Shown here: positions 47,554 to 57,718 of the stretch, piece after piece
Numbering within the stretch: position 1 is the stretch's first letter
Layout: each line of letters opens with the position of its first letter
NCBI GenBank assembly: GCA_051866635.1
Contig: JBJDXJ010000015.1
Span: 4,737-65,437 of the forward strand
Reading direction: 5' to 3'
DNA length: 60,701 bases
Source: Clostridia bacterium
GTDB lineage: Bacteria > Bacillota > Clostridia > UMGS1883
Translations under genes and position numbers: made by a program
The notes under the pieces: generated by a model
Databases searched by the model: none
Told to the model about the DNA's origin: nothing
The model's input: only the letters and a program-made list of their open reading frames with translations

Positions 47554-48915
47554 TTATCTGTCTTTTAAATCTACGTATTCCATATCATCTTTAACGCTGA
47601 TGTAGGCAGGGCGTATTATTTTGCCGTTGTTTTGTATTTCTTCAATACGGTGTGCACTCCAGCCTGCAATACGTGCAATGGCAAATATGGGGGTGTACAG
47701 CTCACAGGGAAGGTCAAGCATACGGTAAATAAGACCTGAATAGAAGTCCACGTTGGCACTTACCCCTTTAAATATCTGCCGTTTTTCGGAAATTATATTA
47801 GGTGCCATTTCGGCAACCGTTTCGTAAAGAGCATATTCATCACCAAGACCTTTTTCTTCGGAAAGCAACTTTGCATATTCCTTAAGGATATCGCTTCTTG
47901 GGTCAGAGATAGAGTATACTGCGTGACCCATACCGTAAATCAAGCCTTGTTTATCAAATGCGTTTTTATCGAGTAAATCCCGTAAATACTGCTCAATTTG
48001 GGATTTATCTGTAGTGTCTACAGAATTTTTCATATCCTCAAACATTTTTACAACCTTAATATTTGCACCACCGTGACGGGGACCTTTAAGGGAGCCTAAT
48101 GCCGCCGCTATAGCAGAATAAGTGTCCGTCCCCGAGGATGTTACAACATGGGTTGTAAATGTGGAATTGTTACCGCCGCCGTGTTCTGCGTGAAGAACTA
48201 ATGCAAGGTCCAAAACCTTTGCTTCCAAATCGGTGTAATTGCCTTCGCCACGAAGAAGATGCAAAATGTTTTCTGCAACAGATAAGTTTTCTTTGGGAAG
48301 GTGAATATTAAGGCTTTGTTCCATGTGATAATGGCGGTAGGACTGGTAGCTGTAAACTGCCAAAAGAGGAAATACGGATATTAAAAAAATACACTGGCGA
48401 AGCACGTTTTCCACAGATATATCGTCAGGATTATCGTCATAAGCGTAAAGTGCCAAAACACTGCGTGCAAGAATATTCATCATATCCTGACCGGGAGCTT
48501 TTAAAATCATATCTCTTACAAAGCTGGTAGGCAGACTTCTGTATTCTGCAATAGTTTTGGTAAATTCTTCAAGCTCCTTGGCGGAGGGAAGGCGAGAGAA
48601 TAAGAGAAGATATACTGTTTCTTCAAAACCGAAACGGTTATCGTGCCTGAAACCCTTTACCAAATCCCGCACGTCAACACCTCTGTAGCAGAGCTGACCG
48701 TGACAGGCAACGGTTGTTCCGTCGGGCAATTTTTCTTTTGCCTTTATCTTGGAAATTTCCGTAAGTCCTGTCACAACACCGTTGCCGTTTAAATCTCTAA
48801 GACCACGAAAAACGGAATGTTTTGTGTACATATCGGGAGTAATATGATTGCTCTCGGATGAAAGAGCCGCTAAACTTTTTATATATGGCGTAATTTCTGA
48901 GTAGTTTTTTTTCAT
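47554..48915 (-). CDS. gltA: Citrate (Si)-synthase / 2-methylcitrate synthase
   Basis: HAEHGGGNNST, GPRHGGAN, GMGHAVY..DPR, NVDFYSG. Confidence 0.92.
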   Translation of the reverse strand: MKKNYSEITPYIKSLAALSSESNHITPDMYTKHSVFRGLRDLNGNGVVTGLTEISKIKAKEKLPDGTTVACHGQLCYRGVDVRDLVKGFRHDNRFGFEETVYLLLFSRLPSAKELEEFTKTIAEYRSLPTSFVRDMILKAPGQDMMNILARSVLALYAYDDNPDDISVENVLRQCIFLISVFPLLAVYSYQSYRHYHMEQSLNIHLPKENLSVAENILHLLRGEGNYTDLEAKVLDLALVLHAEHGGGNNSTFTTHVVTSSGTDTYSAIAAALGSLKGPRHGGANIKVVKMFEDMKNSVDTTDKSQIEQYLRDLLDKNAFDKQGLIYGMGHAVYSISDPRSDILKEYAKLLSEEKGLGDEYALYETVAEMAPNIISEKRQIFKGVSANVDFYSGLIYRMLDLPCELYTPIFAIARIAGWSAHRIEEIQNNGKIIRPAYISVKDDMEYVDLKDR

Positions 48916-49041
48916 TTGGTAACCTCCGAAAAATTATAGTGTCATATTACCATGTTTTCCAAATTAAATCAATTATAAACTTGGGAACAAATTATGAACA
49001 ATATGTAACTTATAGGTAGGTTACGAATTTTTTACAAATTT

Positions 49042-50421
49042 TTATCTCATATAAGAGTTTAATACTTCGGGATCAAGGTACCAACTGCCGTCAACTTTTA
49101 TAAATGTTACAATGTGCTCCTCAGCCTTTGATTGGTCACCATCATTTACCATGTAAGTCAATGTAACTTTTATTGTTTTTTCTGCTTTATTGTCAGAATT
49201 TTCATTGTTTATATAACCTATTGAATCAACAGTGTATTCTCCGCCGTAGTTTTCGAACAAGGATTTTAACTTCCTTTCCATTACGGAGTACAAAAGCTTA
49301 TACTGTGAATCGGACTTGTAGTAGAACATATTAACGTAATCATCATTGTGAAGAAGCTTTATAAGCTCAGCCGGGTTAGTTCCAATACAGCCGTCCATAT
49401 ATTTTTTTACAACAGCGGAAATATCAGTGATGTCAGAATTTTCACTTGTATTGCCGGAAACGGCTTCCTCACCTTCGTTAAGCTCCTTGTCGGGGTATGG
49501 TGTTACAGGAAATGAAAAAGTGTCAGGATAAATTAAATCACCTTTAATGTTAAGGTTCTGGGCAAAATTTACACCGCCGTGAGCAATGTCCGTTGTGGTG
49601 TAAATATCCATCGAGGTGATGTAACCGCCCTTAGTTGAAAGGTATATATATATGGGCGAAAATTTCGCTTCAATTTCTCTTTTTAAGAAAACTTTCTGCA
49701 CGTAGGGTGATTGAGAAAACTTATCAGAGGGGACGTGAATAAAATACTTGCCTTCGGAAAGGTAAGACACACATGACATATAATCCTCGGGAAGAAATGT
49801 TGCCAAAGAAAATTCGCCACGGGTGTAGTTTTCAATACCATTTGTTGAAACAGAGGAGGTTACAACAGAATCAAGAAGAAGTTCACCTTTAAAAGTTACA
49901 TCAACCTTAAGGTCCGGAAGTGAGGAGGTATTATCAATACAAGCTGAAAGATACTTTATTTCCCCATCAGTTATGGGCGTTGTGAGAATGGCTGTTAAGT
50001 TGTCCTGGTCCCATGTAACATTTTTTCCGAAAAGCTCACCTATAGCACGAAGGGGCAGAAAGGTTGAACCGTCCTTTAGAATGGGATAAACCTCTTCACC
50101 TAAAGAATTTTTCGCAATAAACTCCTTGCCGTTGACAAAAATGTTCACATGGTCATTTAATACAGGCGAACCTTCCTTTGTACCTATATATACAGTCATT
50201 GTGTCACCGTCCCAGAAAACTTCCGTTCCGAAAACATCGGAAACGGCACGTACGGGAACGTATGTTGTACCCTCAAAAACAAAGGGCTCCACCATATTGC
50301 CTGCGGCGTCAGTTGCAACAAGTAAACTGCCGTCTGTTAAAATGTTACATGATGCCTGTGCAAGGACAGGCAGTAAGATTAACGCAATTGTTACAATTGT
50401 TAAAAAAGAAAACTTCTTCAT
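49042..50421 (-). CDS. Exported protein with copper-amine-oxidase N-terminal (stalk) repeats
   Basis: Signal peptide; GTTYVPVRAVS...VFWD and GSTFLPLRAIG...VTWD. Confidence 0.82.
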   Translation of the reverse strand: MKKFSFLTIVTIALILLPVLAQASCNILTDGSLLVATDAAGNMVEPFVFEGTTYVPVRAVSDVFGTEVFWDGDTMTVYIGTKEGSPVLNDHVNIFVNGKEFIAKNSLGEEVYPILKDGSTFLPLRAIGELFGKNVTWDQDNLTAILTTPITDGEIKYLSACIDNTSSLPDLKVDVTFKGELLLDSVVTSSVSTNGIENYTRGEFSLATFLPEDYMSCVSYLSEGKYFIHVPSDKFSQSPYVQKVFLKREIEAKFSPIYIYLSTKGGYITSMDIYTTTDIAHGGVNFAQNLNIKGDLIYPDTFSFPVTPYPDKELNEGEEAVSGNTSENSDITDISAVVKKYMDGCIGTNPAELIKLLHNDDYVNMFYYKSDSQYKLLYSVMERKLKSLFENYGGEYTVDSIGYINNENSDNKAEKTIKVTLTYMVNDGDQSKAEEHIVTFIKVDGSWYLDPEVLNSYMR

Positions 50422-50629
50422 AATTTGTCCTCCTGATGTTAATAAAACAGAATTTGTATGCATAGAATAGAAAATAAATAACAGGGTAAAGGGACTTTTT
50501 TGTGCCGGATTTGTTTTAATTATATCATATTATGACAGCTAAAGCAATTGTTAAATCACCACTTTGGGCGGAAATTTAAGGTTTTATGGCACTGTTTTCC
50601 ACAAAATTGTATCTAAAAATTAAACAATT

Positions 50630-50691
50630 GTTACAAAATTGTCACAAAAATGCGAAAAAGTATTGACAAAGCCCTTAAAAATGCGTATAAT
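50630..50691 (+). promoter_or_regulatory. WalR-like direct repeat and consensus SigA promoter
   Basis: Minus-strand TGTGAC-N5-TGTAAC at 50630-50646; TTGACA 50663-17-TATAAT 50686. Confidence 0.65.
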
Positions 50692-50788
50692 GCCTATTGC
50701 GACCCAGGTCAGCCGCGCGAAAAATCCTAAATAAGGCATATTCGCTAAATAAAGGTGTTGAATATAACGCCGGAAATGAGGTTAGATT

Positions 50789-51838
50789 ATGAGAAACATT
50801 TTAAAAACAAACACAAAAAAGAGAAGAGTTGCAGCAGTTGTTCTCGGAACATTAATGCTCGTTAATATATTCGGTGCTGCAGCAGAAAAGAGCTCTGCAA
50901 TTGTTACAGTTAATTGTGACGGTTACAAGACAACTTATGAAACTTACGCTTCTACAGTAGGCGATTTCTTAACAAATGAAGATATTACAGTAAAGGACAA
51001 CGACTATATCAACTATACAGGCGACGATGAAATCGTTGACGGTATGGAAATTGTTTATAATATTGCAAAGTATGTTACCGTAAATGATAACGGCGAAACA
51101 TACGGTGCTGTTACATATGCGGCAACTGTCGATGATGTAATGGCTGAATTTGATGCGGCTTTGGGCGATGATGATGTTGTAACTCCAACAAGAGATACAC
51201 GTGCTTATGACGGTCTTGTAATTAATGTTGACAGAAGTGTGCCTGTTACTTTCGTTGACGGCGACGTTTCTGCTACAATTAACACAAGAAGCAAAACAGT
51301 TGGAGAATTCCTCGAGGAAATAAAAGTAGAACTTGAAGAAAACCAGATGGTTAGCCCTTCTGCATCTAGTGTAATCAAAAAAGGTATGAGAATTGAAATC
51401 CATACAGTTAAGTCTGTTGTTTCAAATTATTCCGCTGAAGGCGGCTCCAAATCCACAAACAGCAGTACATCCAAGAGCTCTAAGAATGCAATGTCAAGTC
51501 TTAATTATAATGCAGACCTTTCAAAGGCAAAGGTTCTCATTTGCGAAGCTACTGCATATACAGCTGCGGCAGATGAATGTGGTCCTTATGCTGATGGACG
51601 TACTGCAACAGGTGCAATTTGTCAGGTTGGTGTTGTAGCAGTTGACCCCAGTGTTATCCCCTTGGGCACAAAGCTTTATATCGAATCCGTTGACGGTAGC
51701 TATGTATACGGATACTGTGTAGCCGCTGATACAGGTGGGGCAATTAAGGGCAACAAGGTTGACCTTGCTATGAATTCCAAGTCTGAATGTTTCCAGTTCG
51801 GCAGAAGACAGGTAAGAGTTTATATTATTGAAGATTAA
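50789..51838 (+). CDS. YabE-like cell-wall protein: 3x DUF348 plus 3D lytic transglycosylase-like domain
   Basis: Three TV.D/EF repeats; ATAY...TATG...AVDPSVIPLGT...DTGGAIKGNKVD; lies upstream of rsmA. Confidence 0.88.
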   Translation: MRNILKTNTKKRRVAAVVLGTLMLVNIFGAAAEKSSAIVTVNCDGYKTTYETYASTVGDFLTNEDITVKDNDYINYTGDDEIVDGMEIVYNIAKYVTVNDNGETYGAVTYAATVDDVMAEFDAALGDDDVVTPTRDTRAYDGLVINVDRSVPVTFVDGDVSATINTRSKTVGEFLEEIKVELEENQMVSPSASSVIKKGMRIEIHTVKSVVSNYSAEGGSKSTNSSTSKSSKNAMSSLNYNADLSKAKVLICEATAYTAAADECGPYADGRTATGAICQVGVVAVDPSVIPLGTKLYIESVDGSYVYGYCVAADTGGAIKGNKVDLAMNSKSECFQFGRRQVRVYIIED

Positions 51839-51851
51839 ACATTTGTTATAC

Positions 51852-51897
51852 AAAAAGAGCATCTTTCGCTGAACATAAGCGAAAGATGCTCTTTTTT
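51852..51897 (+). terminator. Intrinsic terminator
   Basis: AAAAAGAGCATCTTTCGCT/AGCGAAAGATGCTCTTTTT. Confidence 0.85.
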
Positions 51898-51959
51898 ATC
51901 TTTACAATTTTACGTCAGTAGGGTAAAATATATATAGCTTGTATGAAAGGAATACCGAT

Positions 51960-52826
51960 ATGCTGGATTTAACAAATATAAATATAATAAAATACCTTTG
52001 CCAGAAGTATGGATTTAAATTTTCAAAGGATATGGGTCAGAACTTTCTGACTGACAGCTCTGTGATAGATGTGATTTCGGCTTCTGCAGCAGAAGGTGTG
52101 TCCGGGGTTATTGAAATAGGCCCGGGCTTTGGATGCCTCACTGCCGCCTTGGGACAAAGAACAAAAAAAGTTGTGTCAATTGAACTTGATACCCGTCTTG
52201 AAAATGTTTTGAAAGAAACTTTGGCAGGGTTTGACAACATTAAACTCATATGGGAAGACTGTATGAAGGCTGATATTGCAAATATTATAAAGGAAGAATT
52301 TGACTCTGATGTATCCGTTGCGGCAAATTTGCCTTATTATATAACAACGCCTATTGTTATGAAGCTGTTGGAAGGCAATTACGGATTAAAAAAAATTATA
52401 ATCATGGTGCAGAAAGAGGTTGCAGACCGTTTTTGTGCCGCACCGGGAGGTAAGGAATACGGTGCTGTTACTTTAGGCGTGCAGTACCGTGCCGATGCAA
52501 AAGTTATTTTAGATGTGGGCAAGGAAAAGTTTATACCCATGCCTAAGGTTGACAGTGCTGTAATTGAAATGACCATTTTGGATAAGCCAAAGGTTACGCC
52601 GAAAGATGAAAAGCTGTTTTTCTCGGTAATAAAAGCGGCATTTGCACAAAGACGAAAAACATTGGTTAATTGTTTGGCAAATGCGGGTGTTTTCGGCAGT
52701 AAAGATGAAATAGCCGAAATGGTGACATCCTTGGGTAAGGATGTGAATATCCGAGGAGAAAAGCTGTCTATGGAGGATTTTTGTGCTCTGTCAGATATAA
52801 TTTTCCATAAAGCGACAAATGTATGA
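51960..52826 (+). CDS. rsmA: 16S rRNA adenine dimethyltransferase (KsgA)
   Basis: GQNFL, EIGPGFG, ANLPYYITTP, MVQKEVA, PKVDS, FAQRRKTL. Confidence 0.97.
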   Translation: MLDLTNINIIKYLCQKYGFKFSKDMGQNFLTDSSVIDVISASAAEGVSGVIEIGPGFGCLTAALGQRTKKVVSIELDTRLENVLKETLAGFDNIKLIWEDCMKADIANIIKEEFDSDVSVAANLPYYITTPIVMKLLEGNYGLKKIIIMVQKEVADRFCAAPGGKEYGAVTLGVQYRADAKVILDVGKEKFIPMPKVDSAVIEMTILDKPKVTPKDEKLFFSVIKAAFAQRRKTLVNCLANAGVFGSKDEIAEMVTSLGKDVNIRGEKLSMEDFCALSDIIFHKATNV

Positions 52827-53162
52827 TAAGGGGATTGATAAAAATACCCATAAAATACTGTAGCTTAAGCAAATCTGACCTAAAAAGTTATAAGGTGCAC
52901 TGCTGTAATTCCATACGTTCCATTTCAGCATAACGTTTACTATTATACCTGTTATAAATTCTGCACAGGTTATCGTAAATCCCCCTGCCAATGCACGGAT
53001 TAAAAGATTTTGCGAGTCAAGGCGGATAAAAAGATTAAAAAGCATATAGAAACAAATTCCACCTAAAACAAACATTGTCCAGTGGGAATAACCCCGCCAC
53101 ATAACCTCAAGTGCCACATAGCCGAACCCTCCGGAAAGAAATAATATAATAAACCTTGTCAT
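52791..53162 (-). CDS. Small membrane protein (DUF1113/CmpB-like putative permease)
   Basis: EVMWRGYSHWTM, WNYS...NFLGQIC. Confidence 0.78.
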   Translation of the reverse strand: MTRFIILFLSGGFGYVALEVMWRGYSHWTMFVLGGICFYMLFNLFIRLDSQNLLIRALAGGFTITCAEFITGIIVNVMLKWNVWNYSSAPYNFLGQICLSYSILWVFLSIPLSYICRFMENYI

Positions 53163-53308
53163 GGTTGCCTCCGAAAATTATACTTCAAGGTTTATTATCT
53201 GCATTAATAACTAAAAAATATTATAAAAGCGTAATAAATACCTTTATTTATTATGCTTTTTGTGTTATAATAAAAATAGCTATACAAAAAATTAAAAGGG
53301 TGGTTATT

Positions 53309-53611
53309 ATGGTAAAGCATATTGTTATGTGGAAATATAAAGCGGAGCTTGGAAGTGATGAAAGGGAAGCCTTGTTTGAAAAGTTACAGGAGTCGGCAAA
53401 AGGTATGAACGGAAAGATAAAAGGTCTTATATCTGCATCTTTATTAAAGAATATCAATCCTTCCGAACCTCATGATATTTGTCTTTATTGTGAATTTGAA
53501 AATTATACTGATGTGGAAAATTACCAGGTTGACCCCATTCATATAGGTTTTAAGAATATTATAACAGGAAACGTGACAGACCGCGTATGTGTTGACTGTT
53601 TATGTGAGTAA
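53309..53611 (+). CDS. Dabb (stress-responsive A/B barrel) protein
   Basis: MVKHIVMWK...YQVDPIH...RVCVD. Confidence 0.85.
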   Translation: MVKHIVMWKYKAELGSDEREALFEKLQESAKGMNGKIKGLISASLLKNINPSEPHDICLYCEFENYTDVENYQVDPIHIGFKNIITGNVTDRVCVDCLCE

Positions 53612-53623
53612 CGGAGGGATTTT

Positions 53624-54601
53624 ATGAAAAACCGTGTTACAAAAATAGCGGGGATTTTTCTTAGCTTGCTTATGCTTTCTTCCTGTGGCGGTAAAGAAGG
53701 GGAAGAAAGGGCGGTCCCTGTACTTAGCGAATCCAATGTGAAGATAGAATTGGGCGGAACAAGTGAATTGGACGTTTTAAATTACCAAGGCGATATTACT
53801 TGGTCATCAAGTGATGAAAAGATAGTTACTGTTTCAGACGAAGGTGTTATAACACCTGTTGCTATCGGTACTGCGGCAGTAACGGCATACATAGAAAACA
53901 GCGAAAATATGAGCTGTGTCGTAGATGTTGTGGCGGGAACATCAAATGTTCAGAGCATAAGAGTTACAAGCTATTATTCCGATGCGGATGATGTAACATT
54001 GAATTACAATGATTCACCCACTGTTCTTTTGAAGGCTGATTGTTTCCCTGATGTTATCGGTGAAAGGCTTACATGGACATCATCTGATAACTCTATTGCA
54101 CAGGTAAATCAGTCCGGCGTTGTAACAGGATATGACAACGGCACTGTTCAGATTACCGCTACAGCCTTAAATGGGGTAAGCGGAACATGCATGGTAAGAT
54201 TGAAAAATGTTCCGGCAAGTGCCAAAAATGAAATGCCTGATTCAGATATGCAGGCACCCAGGGTTGACTCCTCCCATTCAGGCGTTGTTAAAAGCTCTGT
54301 GCCTGTTGCATCACCAAATGCACAGTCAACTGTAATTATAAGCGATAAGATGGTATATCTTGAAATTGGTGAAGGCCTCCTTTTGACATGTGCTGTAGGC
54401 AATGCACCTGCCAATACTACAGTTCAATGGCTCAGCTCGGATAAAAGTATTGCTGTTGTCAAAGACGGACGGGTTGTAGCGGTAGATAACGGACAATGCG
54501 TTATAAGTGCCGTTACAAGTGACGGTGCTGTGGCATCGTGCTCTGTTGCGGTAGGCAAGGACGCTATTAAAGAATTGAAGGCACAAAATTCAGGAAAATA
54601 A
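53624..54601 (+). CDS. Lipoprotein with three Big_2 Ig-like domains
   Basis: Lipobox LSSC; three W.SSD..IA/VT.V...G repeats. Confidence 0.85.
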   Translation: MKNRVTKIAGIFLSLLMLSSCGGKEGEERAVPVLSESNVKIELGGTSELDVLNYQGDITWSSSDEKIVTVSDEGVITPVAIGTAAVTAYIENSENMSCVVDVVAGTSNVQSIRVTSYYSDADDVTLNYNDSPTVLLKADCFPDVIGERLTWTSSDNSIAQVNQSGVVTGYDNGTVQITATALNGVSGTCMVRLKNVPASAKNEMPDSDMQAPRVDSSHSGVVKSSVPVASPNAQSTVIISDKMVYLEIGEGLLLTCAVGNAPANTTVQWLSSDKSIAVVKDGRVVAVDNGQCVISAVTSDGAVASCSVAVGKDAIKELKAQNSGK

Positions 54602-54610
54602 GGTGATGTA

Positions 54611-55309
54611 ATGCTTTGCTTTGGCAAAGGAATGGTGTTCCCCATAGATATTGACAAAAATGAGGTTTTAAGAACCTTAGGCTATAGAGGTGGGGAATTA
54701 CAGGAAGAGTATTATGACAAAATTGAATTTTATTCCTGTCTGGTAAAGGAAAAATCAACATGCCGTGTTGAATTTGCAGTGTACGATATAAAGGAAACGA
54801 ACCCTGTAAGAATTGAAGGCACAGATATAAAGCTGATGGGAAAAGATATCGCAAAACACCTTGAAGGATGCAAAAGTTGCTGTTTTATGTCGGCAACATT
54901 GGGCAGTGAAATTGACAGGCTGATAAGGATAAAAAACAATGTGGATGTTTCCGATGCTTTGATACTTGATGCTTGTGCCTCTGTTGGGGTTGAAAGTTTG
55001 TGCGACAACGCCCAGGGGTATATTGAAAAAGAGCTTCTTAAAAATAATATGTATATTACAGACCGCTTCAGCCCGGGATACGGCGATTTCCCCATTGGAA
55101 CACAAAAGGATATATGTGAGGCTACACAAAGCCACAAAATGATGGGACTTAGCTATACACAAAGTTTTCTTCTGACACCTTTTAAAAGTGTGACAGCAGT
55201 TATAGGAATAAGTGATGCTCCCAGGAAAAAGAGGATTACCGGTTGTAAAAACTGTTTCCTTTCGGGTGAATGTCAGTACAGAAAAAGAGGTGTTACTTGT
55301 TATGAGTGA
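54611..55309 (+). CDS. Stand-alone B12-dependent methionine synthase activation domain
   Basis: ATLG, RFSPGYGDFP, PFKSVTAVIG, C-terminal Cys cluster; start may be 54632. Confidence 0.88.
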   Translation: MLCFGKGMVFPIDIDKNEVLRTLGYRGGELQEEYYDKIEFYSCLVKEKSTCRVEFAVYDIKETNPVRIEGTDIKLMGKDIAKHLEGCKSCCFMSATLGSEIDRLIRIKNNVDVSDALILDACASVGVESLCDNAQGYIEKELLKNNMYITDRFSPGYGDFPIGTQKDICEATQSHKMMGLSYTQSFLLTPFKSVTAVIGISDAPRKKRITGCKNCFLSGECQYRKRGVTCYE

Positions 55310-57635
55310 TTTTATTATACTTGACGGAGCGATGGGAACAATGCTCCAGAAAAGCGGATTGAAGGTTGGCCAAAAACCTGAACTTTTAGCTTTTGAAAAT
55401 GAGGAATCTGTTTTAAATGTGCATAGAATGTATATTGAAAGCGGAAGCGATATTATATACGCAAACACTTTCGGTGCCAACAGGTTGAAAATGAAAAATG
55501 TGGGCAGAAGTGTTTGGGAAATAATTGAAAAGAACGTGTCTGTGGCAAAGAAAGCGGCAGAGGGCAAGGCTAAGGTTGCCTTGGATATAGGCCCCATCGG
55601 CGAAATGCTGGAGCCTAACGGCACACTTACTTTTGAAGAAGCCTATGACATTTTCAAAGAAATTGCACAATGCGGTGAAAAGGCAGGGTGCGACATTGCT
55701 GTTATTGAAACAATGACCGACCTTTATGAGGTAAAGGCGGCTGTGCTGGCGGTGAAGGAAAATACTAATCTTCCCGTTTTTGCCACCATGAGCTTTGAAA
55801 AAAACGGCAGAACCTTTTCGGGAACTACCCCTTCAGCCTGTGCAATAACTCTTACAGGCTTGGGTGTTGATGCAGTGGGTATTAACTGCTCATTAGGTCC
55901 TGATGAAATTTTTCCCATTGCACAGGAAATGAGTAAGTTTACACATTTGCCATTAGTTATAAAGGCAAATGCGGGGCTTCCGGACCCTGTAACGGGGAAA
56001 TATGATATCGGAGCTGAAGAATTTTCCCTTGCTATGGAAAAGTATGCAAATATAGGTGTAAAGTACATAGGCGGATGTTGCGGAACAAACCCTGATTATA
56101 TCAAGGCTCTAAAGGAGAGGTTTAAAACATTGTCAGTTAAAGAAGGGGAGAAATTCAAAGGAAGTATTGTTTGTTCATCTTCAAAAACAGTTATCATTGA
56201 TACTGTAAATGTAATAGGCGAAAGAATTAACCCTACAGGGAAAAAGGTTTTAAGGGAAGCCATTAAAAACGACGATATGGGGTATATCCTTAAAACTGCG
56301 GTAATGCAAAGTGAAGCAGGTGCTGACATTTTGGATATTAACGTAGGTGTTCCGGGGATTGATGAAGCTAAGGTTATGGCAAAATCCGTCAAAGCCATTC
56401 AGAGCGTAACCGATTTGCCATTGCAGATTGATTCTACAAACCCTGAATGTTTGGAACGTGGGTTAAGGGTGTATAACGGAAAGGCTATTGTAAACTCTGT
56501 TAACGGAGAAGACAAGATTCTTCATTCTGTTTTGCCCATTGTGAAAAAGTACGGTGCAGCGGTGGTAGGTCTTACTTTGGATGAAAACGGTATTCCGAAA
56601 AAGTGGCAGGACAGGGTAAAAATTGCCGAAAAAATATTGAAAACAGCAGAAAGCTACGGAATAAGAAAAGAAGATGTATTTATTGACACACTCACCATGA
56701 CTGCCTCAACAGAACAGGATGCCGTGTATGAAACTTTGAATGCACTGAAATATATAAGTGAAGAAATGGGCTTGAAAACGGTTTTAGGCGTGTCAAATAT
56801 ATCCTTTGGGCTTCCCCAAAGACAAGTTGTGAACAGCAGTTTTTTAACCCTTGCTATGGAATACGGGTTGAATTTGCCAATATTAAACCCTAATGACAAT
56901 ACTATGATGGGTGCGGTATATGCATATAAGCTTCTTTCAGGTGAGGATAAGGGCTGCAGTGAATATACACAGAAAATGGCACTTGTGCAGACTGAGGTAA
57001 AACAAACTGAAAAAGAGGACAGTATAGAGGATGCCATTTTGAAGGGGCTTCAAAGTGAAGTGGAGGAAATATGCCGAAAGCTTTTAACCAATAAGGATGA
57101 ACTTGATATTGTAAACGAGGACTTAATTCCCGCCCTTGATAAAGCCGGGGAGAAGTACGAAAAAGGCATTTTCTTCCTGCCTCAGCTTTTAAATGCCGCA
57201 AATGCCGCCTCCAAGGCATTTGGTGTGATAAAAGAATCTATTGAGAAAAAGGGAAACGGCAACATTAAAAAGGGGAAAATAATCCTTGCTACAGTAAAGG
57301 GTGATATTCACGATATAGGCAAAAATATTGTGAAAGTTATTCTGGAAAACTACGGTTATGAAATTATAGATTTGGGTAAGGATGTTAAACCGGAAGTTAT
57401 TGTGGAAAGAGCCATTCGTGACAATGTAAAGCTTGTGGGACTTTCGGCACTTATGACAACCACCTTAAAGAGCATGGAAGAAACGGTTAATCTTTTACAT
57501 GAAAGCGGACATGATTGTTTTGTAATGTGCGGAGGTGCTGTTTTGACCGAAAGTTACGTAAAAAGTATAGGTGCTGATTTCTATGCACGTGATGCGAAAC
57601 AGAGTGCGGATATCGCCAAAAGAGTTTTAGGGTGA
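55302..57635 (+). CDS. metH: Cobalamin-dependent methionine synthase (Hcy, pterin and B12 modules)
   Basis: LDGAMGT, GINCS, GGCCGT, IGERINPTG, GDIHDIGKN. Confidence 0.94.
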   Translation: MSDFIILDGAMGTMLQKSGLKVGQKPELLAFENEESVLNVHRMYIESGSDIIYANTFGANRLKMKNVGRSVWEIIEKNVSVAKKAAEGKAKVALDIGPIGEMLEPNGTLTFEEAYDIFKEIAQCGEKAGCDIAVIETMTDLYEVKAAVLAVKENTNLPVFATMSFEKNGRTFSGTTPSACAITLTGLGVDAVGINCSLGPDEIFPIAQEMSKFTHLPLVIKANAGLPDPVTGKYDIGAEEFSLAMEKYANIGVKYIGGCCGTNPDYIKALKERFKTLSVKEGEKFKGSIVCSSSKTVIIDTVNVIGERINPTGKKVLREAIKNDDMGYILKTAVMQSEAGADILDINVGVPGIDEAKVMAKSVKAIQSVTDLPLQIDSTNPECLERGLRVYNGKAIVNSVNGEDKILHSVLPIVKKYGAAVVGLTLDENGIPKKWQDRVKIAEKILKTAESYGIRKEDVFIDTLTMTASTEQDAVYETLNALKYISEEMGLKTVLGVSNISFGLPQRQVVNSSFLTLAMEYGLNLPILNPNDNTMMGAVYAYKLLSGEDKGCSEYTQKMALVQTEVKQTEKEDSIEDAILKGLQSEVEEICRKLLTNKDELDIVNEDLIPALDKAGEKYEKGIFFLPQLLNAANAASKAFGVIKESIEKKGNGNIKKGKIILATVKGDIHDIGKNIVKVILENYGYEIIDLGKDVKPEVIVERAIRDNVKLVGLSALMTTTLKSMEETVNLLHESGHDCFVMCGGAVLTESYVKSIGADFYARDAKQSADIAKRVLG

Positions 57636-57718
57636 CATAGTTAAATAGCTTGACTTAGAGGACAAAAAGTATTATTATAATAGTATGGGAAAGTTATAGA
57701 ATGTGAGGGGAAATATGT

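Noticed and set aside
50698-50788. c-di-AMP (ydaO) riboswitch upstream of the 3D-domain gene
   Set aside because: Too short and lacks the GCUGAAUCC/GGAGGAA/GGGG conserved blocks
54755-55624. 289-aa antisense ORF
   Set aside because: Overlaps two well-supported methionine synthase genes on the opposite strand
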